DNA of 64,000 nucleotides from assembly GCA_946614035.1 (NCBI GenBank), contig CAMOGJ010000001.1:59023-123022 (forward strand), written 5' to 3'. Origin of the DNA: an uncultured Clostridia bacterium (GTDB taxonomy: Bacteria > Bacillota > Clostridia > Christensenellales > CAG-138). The translations under genes were made by a program, and so were the position numbers. This document shows positions 41,717-48,697 of this stretch, piece by piece. Each line of letters begins with the position of its first letter. The first letter of the stretch is position 1. Below the pieces are notes generated by a model. That model had not been told where the DNA came from and searched no databases. It saw only the letters and a program-made list of their open reading frames with translations.

Positions 41717-42154
41717 ATGGAACAGTACAACTATCAGCAGCAGGTCATCGTGGAACCCGCACCGGCAAAGAAGCCGATCGGTCTGCAGGTCACGGCGCTC
41801 ATCCTCGGCATCGTCGGAATGGCGCTCGCATTCGTGGCATACTTCGCGACGATCTTTTCGAACATCGGCGCAGCAGCGGCCGCTGACGGATACCCCTTCA
41901 CGCAGAACGCGGCGGCGGTCTCCGGCGTCAGTCTGATCGCGAGCATCGTGATCATGGTGCTGTGCCTGGTCGCGCTGATCCTTTCGATCGCAGGTCTCGT
42001 CAAGAGCATCCGCCGCGCGACGCGCACGGTCGGCGGCATCATCATGAGCGCGATCGCTCTGAACCTTTCCGGCGCGGGCTTTGCGCTTTCGATCGTCGGC
42101 ATGGTCATCGGTGGGCTCTTTAGCTTCCTGATTCGTTCCGGCGCGATCCACTGA
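41717..42154 (+). CDS. Small polytopic membrane protein (4 predicted TM helices)
   Basis: 145 aa behind AGGAGG, 48 nt after the XRE gene. Hydrophobic stretches LQVTALILGIVGMALAFVAYFA, VSLIASIVIMVLCLVALILSIAGL, GGIIMSAIALNLSGAGFALSIVGMVIGGLF. Confidence 0.6.
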   Translation: MEQYNYQQQVIVEPAPAKKPIGLQVTALILGIVGMALAFVAYFATIFSNIGAAAAADGYPFTQNAAAVSGVSLIASIVIMVLCLVALILSIAGLVKSIRRATRTVGGIIMSAIALNLSGAGFALSIVGMVIGGLFSFLIRSGAIH

Positions 42155-42175
42155 CAGACGCGGTTTTTGCGCAAA

Positions 42176-42212
42176 CAAAAAGGACTTCCCGCGGGAAGTC
42201 CTTTTGTGTTGT
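42176..42212. terminator. Bidirectional rho-independent terminator
   Basis: AAAAAGGACTTCCCGCGGGAAGTCCTTTTGTGTTGTT between the convergent membrane-protein and ferredoxin genes. Confidence 0.8.
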
Positions 42213-42219
42213 TGCTCGA

Positions 42220-42390
42220 TTATTCCTGAGCCGGTGCGCCGACGGGGCAAACCTCTGCGCAGTTGCCGCATTCGATGCAGGTGTCGGGATTGATCTCGTA
42301 CTTGCCGTCGCCTTCCGCGATCGCTTCAACGGGGCACTCTGCCGCGCATGCGCCGCAGGAGATGCATTCATCACTGATTTTGTATGCCAT
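42220..42390 (-). CDS. fdx: 2x[4Fe-4S] clostridial-type ferredoxin (56 aa; absent from the ORF track)
   Basis: Own translation of the reverse strand: MAYKISDECISCGACAAECPVEAIAEGDGKYEINPDTCIECGNCAEVCPVGAPAQE*. Two CxxCxxCxxxCP motifs. ATG 42390 lies behind GAGGAGG. Confidence 0.85.
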   Translation of the reverse strand: MAYKISDECISCGACAAECPVEAIAEGDGKYEINPDTCIECGNCAEVCPVGAPAQE

Positions 42391-42585
42391 AGTAAAAAAC
42401 CTCCTCGTAAGATTACAGATTCATTATAACATGTGTTTTTGAATTTGCAACGTTTTTTTCGCAATGTTTCAGAACGATTTTCAGCGGAAAAACCTACTGT
42501 TTTTGTAGGATATTCTCTATTTTTGGGGGTCCTCTTTCTTTCGACAGCCGCCGCGGCGTAGAATGTCGGTCGGAAAGGAGGTTCC

Positions 42586-43404
42586 ATGCTGTACTCATTT
42601 CAACAGGGCCTTTTGAACATGCCGCCCAAAAGGGATCCGGACCGGCGGCTTCTGCTGCTGCCGACCGAGGAAATCCGCCCGAATGTGCATCCATCGCGCA
42701 AAAGCTTCGACCGCGCGGCGCTGTCCGAGCTCATGGTGAGCATCGCGCAGGTTGGGCTGATCCAGCCGATCACGGTGCGCGAACTGCGCGACGGCTACGA
42801 GCTGATCGCGGGCGAGCGGCGGCTGAAGGCGTGCAGGATGCTCGGCTATCGGGAGATCCCGTGCATCGTCGTGCAGGCGAGCGATGAAAAAAGCGCCGCG
42901 ATGGCGCTGATCGAAAACACGCAGCAGCAGCGGCGCGGCTGCTTTGAGGAGGCGGAAGCGCTCGAAGCGTTTCAAAAGGCGTTCGGCTATACCGACGAGC
43001 GGCTTGCGATCCGCATCGGCAAGAGCCAGTCGGTCCTATCGGGCAAACTGCGGCTTCTGGGGCTGTCGCCGCAGGTGCGCATGCGCCTGCGAGCGTGCGG
43101 GCTGCCGGAGCGCTATGCCCGCGCCCTGCTGCGATTGGACGGCGAACAGGAACAGCTGAAAGCTTTGGACTTGATCGAGCGGCGCCGGCTTTCCGCGGCG
43201 GCGGCCGACCGGCTGACCGAGGCGATGGCAAAGACGGGGGAACCGTCGCCTCTGCGGCTGCTGCGCTGCGCAAAGGACTGCCGCCTGTTCGTCAACAGCG
43301 TCAAGACCTGCATCGAGCAGCTTGACGGCACCGGCATGACCGCCACAATGGAAGAAACCCGCCGTGAGGACGGGTTGGATCTGGTCATTCATGTCAAAAC
43401 GTAG
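42586..43404 (+). CDS. ParB/Noc/Spo0J-family protein (orphan, no adjacent ParA)
   Basis: 272 aa behind AAGGAGG. ParB N-terminal domain motifs ...LIQPITVREL.DGYELIAGERRLKACRMLGY.EIPCIV... and ...ALIENTQQ... An HTH region (...ERLAIRIGKSQSVLSGKLRLLGL...) follows. Confidence 0.75.
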   Translation: MLYSFQQGLLNMPPKRDPDRRLLLLPTEEIRPNVHPSRKSFDRAALSELMVSIAQVGLIQPITVRELRDGYELIAGERRLKACRMLGYREIPCIVVQASDEKSAAMALIENTQQQRRGCFEEAEALEAFQKAFGYTDERLAIRIGKSQSVLSGKLRLLGLSPQVRMRLRACGLPERYARALLRLDGEQEQLKALDLIERRRLSAAAADRLTEAMAKTGEPSPLRLLRCAKDCRLFVNSVKTCIEQLDGTGMTATMEETRREDGLDLVIHVKT

Positions 43405-43406
43405 GG

Positions 43407-44393
43407 TCAAAAACTGCGGTAGATGGCGAGGATCAGGCCGTTCTCCTCGTCGAGCAGACCGCGCTTGAGGTCCGCGTTGATCTGCGCGAAGGCAGCGACG
43501 GCGGTGCGCAGACGGTCGACGGAGAACTTCTGCGCGTTTTTGAGCGTCATTTCGGCGGCCTTCGGGCTGCCGCCGATCGCCTTGATGATCTCCGGACGCG
43601 GACGCTTTTCTTCGAGCAGTTCCTTCGCGATCAGCATCGATTTGAGACGCCCTTCGAGGAACGACGCAATGCCGAGCGTGTTTTCGCTGCGGTCCTTGAG
43701 CGCCTCGGAAAGCTGCCGCATCGCGACCTTTTTGTTGCCGGCGAGCAGGGCGTTGAGCATCGGGAAGATCTCGAACTCCACCGACGGCGTGACGACGGTT
43801 CCGATCACCGCGTCGGTCACCGTGCCGTTCGCGCCGACGTAGTCGCACAGCTTGCCGACCTCGTTCTGCAGCCGGTACGCGTCGGTGCCGACCATCGAAA
43901 CGAGATGCAGCGCTTCGACGCGATCGAGACGCACATTGCGCGCCGCGCACACGCGCATGCACATGCGTATCGCACGATCCTCGTCCAGCGGATCGAACGA
44001 GACGAACCGGTCCTTGCCCTTAAAGAGCTTCACAAACGCGCTGTCGCGCGCCGCGCCGCGCTTTAAAAAGATTGTGATCGCATCCTGCGAAAGAAAGAGC
44101 GTGTCGAGCGCGCGCAGCTTTTCAAGCCCCGTGTAGAGCTCATCGTCGGAAAAATCGGTGACGATCGTCACGCATATCTGATCGAACACCGGGACGCTGC
44201 GCAGCGCATCGAGAAGGAGCAGCGGTTCCGGCGCTTTCAGCCGTTTGAGGTTCAGATCGGCAAATCCGGGGTCGAGCAGCGCCACGATGCGGTCGACCGC
44301 CTGCTGCTTGGTCAGCTCCTCGCTGCCCGCAAAACAGTAGGCGCCCGACAGGGTGCGGCTGTTCGTTTTTTCGAATAGATCGCGTTCGTTCAC
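43407..44393 (-). CDS. holA: DNA polymerase III delta subunit
   Basis: 328 aa, GTG start behind GGAG. Clamp-loader delta layout with ...YCFAGSEELTKQQAVDRI... and ...LSGNLLALENELEKL-type helical C-terminus. The motifs are weak and the call rests on overall pattern and size. Confidence 0.7.
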   Translation of the reverse strand: MNERDLFEKTNSRTLSGAYCFAGSEELTKQQAVDRIVALLDPGFADLNLKRLKAPEPLLLLDALRSVPVFDQICVTIVTDFSDDELYTGLEKLRALDTLFLSQDAITIFLKRGAARDSAFVKLFKGKDRFVSFDPLDEDRAIRMCMRVCAARNVRLDRVEALHLVSMVGTDAYRLQNEVGKLCDYVGANGTVTDAVIGTVVTPSVEFEIFPMLNALLAGNKKVAMRQLSEALKDRSENTLGIASFLEGRLKSMLIAKELLEEKRPRPEIIKAIGGSPKAAEMTLKNAQKFSVDRLRTAVAAFAQINADLKRGLLDEENGLILAIYRSF

Positions 44394-44464
44394 GGCTTCG
44401 GCTCCGGTTGGATATCACCGGCATTATACCATAGAAAAAAACGGATTACAATGCAAAAAAGTCC

Positions 44465-44493
44465 TTGCATTCGGGGAAAAATTGTGATATAGT
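44465..44493 (+). promoter_or_regulatory. Putative sigma-A promoter of rpsF-ssb-rpsR
   Basis: TTGCAT (44465-44470), 17-nt spacer, TATAGT (44488-44493). Confidence 0.55.
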
Positions 44494-44499
44494 ACGAAA

Positions 44500-44557
44500 G
44501 CTAACGGTCCTTCTTGCCTTCAGGAGAAGGCCACAAGACCACAAGGAGGTGAAAAAC
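44500..44557 (+). promoter_or_regulatory. rpsF 5' leader with hairpin (possible S6:S18 autoregulatory leader)
   Basis: Hairpin CCTTCTtgccttcaggAGAAGG (44509-44530) just upstream of the AAGGAGG RBS. An S6:S18-binding leader is known upstream of rpsF in many bacteria, but I cannot verify the motif by eye. Confidence 0.3.
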
Positions 44558-44845
44558 ATGAATCAGTACGAAGTTTTGTACGTGATCACGCCCGAACTGG
44601 ATGACGAAGCAAATCAGACCGTTATGGGTAAATTTGCAGACATCATCACCGCGAACGGCGGCGAGATCGAAAAGACGGATGTATGGGGCAAGCGTCGCCT
44701 GGCATACCCGATCGATTACAAAACCGAGGGCTTCTATGTTCTGGTTACGTTCAACGCGAACCCGGAACTGCCCCGTGAGCTCGAGCGCAACATGCGCAAC
44801 GATGAACGGCTCATGCGCTACATGGTCACTCGTAAGGAAGCATAA
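44558..44845 (+). CDS. rpsF: 30S ribosomal protein S6
   Basis: Track ORF trimmed to ATG 44558 (MNQYEVLYVITPELDDE...WGKRRLAYPI...) behind AAGGAGG. Confidence 0.95.
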   Translation: MNQYEVLYVITPELDDEANQTVMGKFADIITANGGEIEKTDVWGKRRLAYPIDYKTEGFYVLVTFNANPELPRELERNMRNDERLMRYMVTRKEA

Positions 44846-44888
44846 GCACACAAAGTAACAAGCACGAAAGAACGGAGGAAACGAAAGC

Positions 44889-45308
44889 ATGAATAAGATT
44901 ACTTTGATCGGCAACCTGACACATGACCCCGAGGTGCGCAGCACGCCCAGCGGCGTGACCGTATGCACCTTTACCATTGCCGTGAACAGACGCTTCGCAA
45001 ACCAGAACGGCGAAAAGCAAACCGACTTTTTCCGCATCAATGCATGGCGTCAGCTGGGAGACACCTGCGCGCGTTACCTCGCAAAGGGACGCAAGGTCGC
45101 CGTCATCGGCGAGCTGCAGGCGCGCACCTATGAAGCAAAGGACGGCACGACCCGTATGTCGCTTGACGTATCGGCAGATGAAGTCGAATTCCTGACGCCG
45201 AAGAACGCCGACGATGCCGGCAGCGGTTACTCCGCGCCGCGTCCGCAGGCAAGCGCACAGGACCTCGCCGGATTTACCGATATCAATTCCGACGACTTAC
45301 CGTTTTAA
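44889..45308 (+). CDS. ssb: Single-stranded DNA-binding protein
   Basis: 139 aa. MNKITLIGNLTHDPEVRSTPSGVTVCTFTIAVNR is the OB fold. Acidic C-terminal tip ...DINSDDLPF. Confidence 0.95.
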   Translation: MNKITLIGNLTHDPEVRSTPSGVTVCTFTIAVNRRFANQNGEKQTDFFRINAWRQLGDTCARYLAKGRKVAVIGELQARTYEAKDGTTRMSLDVSADEVEFLTPKNADDAGSGYSAPRPQASAQDLAGFTDINSDDLPF

Positions 45309-45332
45309 TCTAAAATTTTTAGGAGGCATCAC

Positions 45333-45575
45333 ATGGAAGATCGTAAACTGCGTCCCCGTCGTCCGAGAAGCAGACGCAAAGTTTGCCGTTTCTGCGTTGA
45401 GAAGGCCACATCCATCGATTATAAGGACATCAAAAAGCTGCAGGGCTTCATTTCCGAGAGCGGAAAGATCATGCCCCGCCGTATGTCCGGCGTGTGCGCC
45501 GAGCATCAGCGCGATCTCGCGGTCGCGATCAAGCGCGCGCGGATCATGGCTCTGCTGCCCTACTGCGCAGAGTAA
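45333..45575 (+). CDS. rpsR: 30S ribosomal protein S18
   Basis: 80 aa behind AGGAGG. ...[11 protein letters not shown]...IDYKD...L..FISE.GKI.PRR.SG.CA.HQR.LA.AIKRAR..ALLPY. Confidence 0.95.
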   Translation: MEDRKLRPRRPRSRRKVCRFCVEKATSIDYKDIKKLQGFISESGKIMPRRMSGVCAEHQRDLAVAIKRARIMALLPYCAE

Positions 45576-45604
45576 GGAACCATCAAAACCAAAGACCGCT
45601 TAGC

Positions 45605-45632
45605 ACGAGACCCGAAAGGGCCTCGTTTTTTT
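45605..45632 (+). terminator. Rho-independent terminator of rpsR
   Basis: ACGAGACCCgaaaGGGCCTCGT (one mismatch) followed by TTTTTTT. Confidence 0.7.
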
Positions 45633-45635
45633 GCG

Positions 45636-45661
45636 CAAAAAAACCGCCCCCGTCGGGGCGG
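45636..45661 (-). terminator. Rho-independent terminator of the mgtC-family gene
   Basis: Minus strand: CCGCCCCgacgGGGGCGG followed by TTTTTTT. Confidence 0.7.
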
Positions 45662-45679
45662 TAAAGCGTTTGAAAGGAT

Positions 45680-46414
45680 TCAGCGGCCGATCTCGCAGCT
45701 CAGCGCCTTGACGCCGTCGATCGCGGAAAGGAAGCGCACCATATCGCTGACCGTCGTTTCCGCCTTCATGCGAAGCTGCATTTCGTAGATTGCTGTGCCG
45801 TCGTCGGCAAAGGTGATCTTCGAGGACAGCACCTGCACATGGTGCTTTTCGGAGAACGTGTCGAGCGCTTCGTTGAACGCATCGGCGTCCGCTACGGTGC
45901 AGCGGAGCTGTCCGATGCACATCGAGTCCGCGCCGACCGTGAAGCGGTGCATAAGAATCTGGATCACGGAGACCAGCACCGTTGCGAAGATGCCGATCAC
46001 GTACATGCCGGAGCCGATCGCAAGACCGATGCCCGCGGTTGCCCAGATGCCCGCCGCCGTCGTCAGACCGCGCACCGAGTTGCCGGTGCGGAAGATCATG
46101 CCCGCGCCGAGGAAGGAGACGCCGGAGATGATCTGCGCCGCGATACGCGCGGGATCCGCGCCGCGGGTGCCGTTGAACATCACGCCGGTCGGCGAGGTCA
46201 GATCGGCAAACGCGTACTTCGAAACGATCATGGTCAATCCCGCCGCGCAGCAGACGATGACGTGCGTGCGGACGCCCGCCTCCTTCAAGCGCTTGGTGCG
46301 CTCGAATCCGATGCACGCGCCGCAGATGCACGAGATGAAGATACGCAGAAAGAATTCGAGATACTGGAGCAGCGAAAACTGTCCGAGCATGTAACCGGCA
46401 AGGGTACTATACAT
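45680..46414 (-). CDS. MgtC/SapB-family membrane protein with C-terminal ACT-like soluble domain
   Basis: 244 aa. ...LRIFISCICGACIGFERTKRLKEAGVRTHVIVCCAAGL... and ...DPARIAAQIISGVSFLGAG.IF... are hallmark MgtC-family motifs. Confidence 0.85.
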   Translation of the reverse strand: MYSTLAGYMLGQFSLLQYLEFFLRIFISCICGACIGFERTKRLKEAGVRTHVIVCCAAGLTMIVSKYAFADLTSPTGVMFNGTRGADPARIAAQIISGVSFLGAGMIFRTGNSVRGLTTAAGIWATAGIGLAIGSGMYVIGIFATVLVSVIQILMHRFTVGADSMCIGQLRCTVADADAFNEALDTFSEKHHVQVLSSKITFADDGTAIYEMQLRMKAETTVSDMVRFLSAIDGVKALSCEIGR

Positions 46415-46448
46415 GGAAACCTACCGCCTTTCGCAGAAAAAATGAAGT

Positions 46449-46507
46449 AGCGCAAACGTTTGCGCTGTTGATTATTTAATCTTATCATGTTCCGCCGCGC
46501 TTGTCAA
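46449..46507 (-). promoter_or_regulatory. Promoter plus 18-bp palindromic LacI-type operator of the mgtC-family gene
   Basis: Minus strand reads TTGACA (46507-46502), N17, TAAGAT (46484-46479), N12, AGCGCAAACGTTTGCGCT (46466-46449). The start codon is 34 nt further on. Identical hexamers, spacings and operator recur at 56997-57055. Confidence 0.65.
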
Positions 46508-46521
46508 TCGCAAACGCCCGT

Positions 46522-48687
46522 TTAGTGCAGAATCAACATGTAGAAGAATACGAAGCACAGCGCCGCGACCAGCATCAGCAGCGCGAATGACAGGTTGCCG
46601 AACAGACGGTGGCTCGTATCGCGAACGGTTTTGTGCGCGCGGTAGACGCCCTCCGCATAGCGGCGGCTGCCCTGCGCCTCCTTGCCGTGCCGCTGTTCGA
46701 TGCGGTCGATCTGCCGTCCGAGCCGGTAGGAGAACGAGGCGCGCGCCTCGTCTTCAACGGGCTGCGCAAGCTCGCGGTAGGCGGTCTTTCGCAGCAGCAG
46801 GATCGCCGCGTCGAGCGAATCCGACAGCGCGTGGGAGAGCAGCAAACCAAGCTTCATTGCGCCCTTTGCAAGCGGCGCGGTCAGCTTGTTTTTTCCGAAC
46901 AGCGCGGCAACGGCTTCGCTGCCGTGCAGCACGCCCCTTGCAAGCGGCGCGGAAAGCCTGTTTTCGCCGAACAGCGCGGCGATCGCGCCGAACGCGCCGG
47001 GAAGCCACTTCAACAGCAGCGGGCGATAGAGAAGCTCCTCAAGATCGAGCCATTCCGGCCAGCGGTTCACATAGACGCGCACGCCGCCCTCGCGCTTCAT
47101 CAGAACGGTGCGCACGAAGCCGAAGTACAGCGCGACGCCGATCGCGATCGAGATCAGCCCGCCCTTGAGGTTTTCCCACGAAAGGTAGTGTACCGCGTGT
47201 TCGAGCGCGCCGGCGCGGAAGAAGTCGGTGCCGAGGTCGGCGATCGCGTTCATCGAAACGGATGCGGAGAGTCCCAGCGCGGGCAGCGCGAGCGCGCACA
47301 GCAGGAGCACGGCGGTGCTGATGCGGTTCATGTACGGCCGTTTCGCGTCGAACGCCGCCTGCTTGGTCGGATGCGCTTCAACAAAGAGCGCAACGAACAG
47401 CTTGGTCATGTATGCGACGGTGACGCCGCCGGAAAAGAGGAAGATCCATTCGACGGCTCGCAGCGCGAACGCGCCGGTTGCGGCGATTCCCTCGACGATG
47501 CTTTCGTGCAGCAGCGTCTTTGAGACGTACCCGTTCAGCAGCGGAACGCCGCCGATGCCGAGCGCGCCGAGCAGGAACGCGAGCATCAGAACCGGCTTGC
47601 GCCTGCCGAAGCCGCGCACGTCGTTGAGATTCAGCGCGTGCAGGTTCATGTACACGACGGCGGCGCAGAGGAACAGGACGAGCTTGAACAGCGAATGGTT
47701 CAGCATGTGCAGCAGCGCGCCGCGGGCGGCGAGCGCGTTTTCCTCGCCGAGGATGCCGAGCATGCCGATGCCGATGAGGATGAACCCGATCTGCGAGACC
47801 GACGAGCAGGCGAGCGTGCGCTTGAGGTCGATCGAGAATAGCGCGAGCAGCGCGCCGAGCAGCATCGTGACCGTGCCGAGCGCGAGGATCACCGCGCCCC
47901 ACGCGGGATCGTTGCGGAACAGATTGCAGGTGATCGCGAGCATGCCGAAGATGCCGGATTTGGTGAGCAGACCGGACAGCAGCGCGCTTGCGGGCGCGGG
48001 CGCGACCGGATGCGCCTTGGGCAGCCAGATGTGCAGCGGGAACATGCCTGCCTTTGCACCGAAGCCGAACAGCACGCAGCCGCCTGCGACGTACAGGATC
48101 GCCTTGTTATCGCACGCCCGCGCAGCGTCGTACAGCGCACAAATCTCCGTCGTGCCGAGCGTAAATTGGAGCAGGAACAGTCCCATCAGCGCAGCAAGAC
48201 CGCCGATCACGGCGACGGCAAGGTACGTGTTCGCCGCTTTCGTCGCGGCGGGCGTCTCCTCCTGAATGACCCAGGTGTAGGATGTGAACGACATGATCTC
48301 GAAGAAGATCAGCGCCGTGAACAGATCGCGCGCGAGAAACACGCCCATCGTCGCGCCGAGCGTCATGAGGTTGAAGAAGTAGTAGCGGTTCTCGGTCGTG
48401 TAATGCGAGAAGTACTCGTTGCCGAGCAGCATCGTCATCGTCCACAGGAACGCGATCACGACGAGGTAGACCTTGCGGAACCCGTCGGTTTCGAAGTGTA
48501 TCCCGAGCCCGACGACGCCGTCGATGCCGGTCTGCATGTCCGGACGGAGCATCACCGCGACGGCGAGCAGCAGCTCGATCACGGTCGTGCCTGCGGCGAG
48601 CAGGTTGCGCGCGCGGCGGTTTTTGCGGCCGGTCAGCCATACGGCGAACGCCGCCGCCATCGGGAAGAAGATCAAAGCGTACAGCAT
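46522..48687 (-). CDS. Mrp/NuoL-type antiporter-like subunit with long C-terminal extension (MrpA-N/NuoL-like)
   Basis: 721 aa behind GGAGG. About 490 aa of proton-conducting-membrane-transporter core (...WLPKAHPVAPAPASALLSGLLTKSGIFG...). Then an extra TM helix, an amphipathic ~150-aa segment and a final TM anchor (FALLMLVAALCFVFFYMLIL), reminiscent of the NuoL/MrpA lateral helix. Confidence 0.8.
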   Translation of the reverse strand: MLYALIFFPMAAAFAVWLTGRKNRRARNLLAAGTTVIELLLAVAVMLRPDMQTGIDGVVGLGIHFETDGFRKVYLVVIAFLWTMTMLLGNEYFSHYTTENRYYFFNLMTLGATMGVFLARDLFTALIFFEIMSFTSYTWVIQEETPAATKAANTYLAVAVIGGLAALMGLFLLQFTLGTTEICALYDAARACDNKAILYVAGGCVLFGFGAKAGMFPLHIWLPKAHPVAPAPASALLSGLLTKSGIFGMLAITCNLFRNDPAWGAVILALGTVTMLLGALLALFSIDLKRTLACSSVSQIGFILIGIGMLGILGEENALAARGALLHMLNHSLFKLVLFLCAAVVYMNLHALNLNDVRGFGRRKPVLMLAFLLGALGIGGVPLLNGYVSKTLLHESIVEGIAATGAFALRAVEWIFLFSGGVTVAYMTKLFVALFVEAHPTKQAAFDAKRPYMNRISTAVLLLCALALPALGLSASVSMNAIADLGTDFFRAGALEHAVHYLSWENLKGGLISIAIGVALYFGFVRTVLMKREGGVRVYVNRWPEWLDLEELLYRPLLLKWLPGAFGAIAALFGENRLSAPLARGVLHGSEAVAALFGKNKLTAPLAKGAMKLGLLLSHALSDSLDAAILLLRKTAYRELAQPVEDEARASFSYRLGRQIDRIEQRHGKEAQGSRRYAEGVYRAHKTVRDTSHRLFGNLSFALLMLVAALCFVFFYMLILH

Positions 48688-48697
48688 GGCGTGCCTC

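Noticed and set aside
42161-42176. GTTTTTGCGCAAAC downstream of the 4-TM gene resembles permuted half-sites of the AGCGCAAACGTTTGCGCT operator.
   Set aside because: The half-sites are in the opposite (tail-to-tail) arrangement and lack the central CG. The sequence sits next to a terminator rather than a promoter, so it is probably coincidental.
46415-46521. Mg2+ riboswitch (M-box) upstream of the mgtC-family gene.
   Set aside because: The predicted 5' UTR is only about 60 nt and is occupied by the palindromic operator. An M-box needs about 160 nt of conserved structure.
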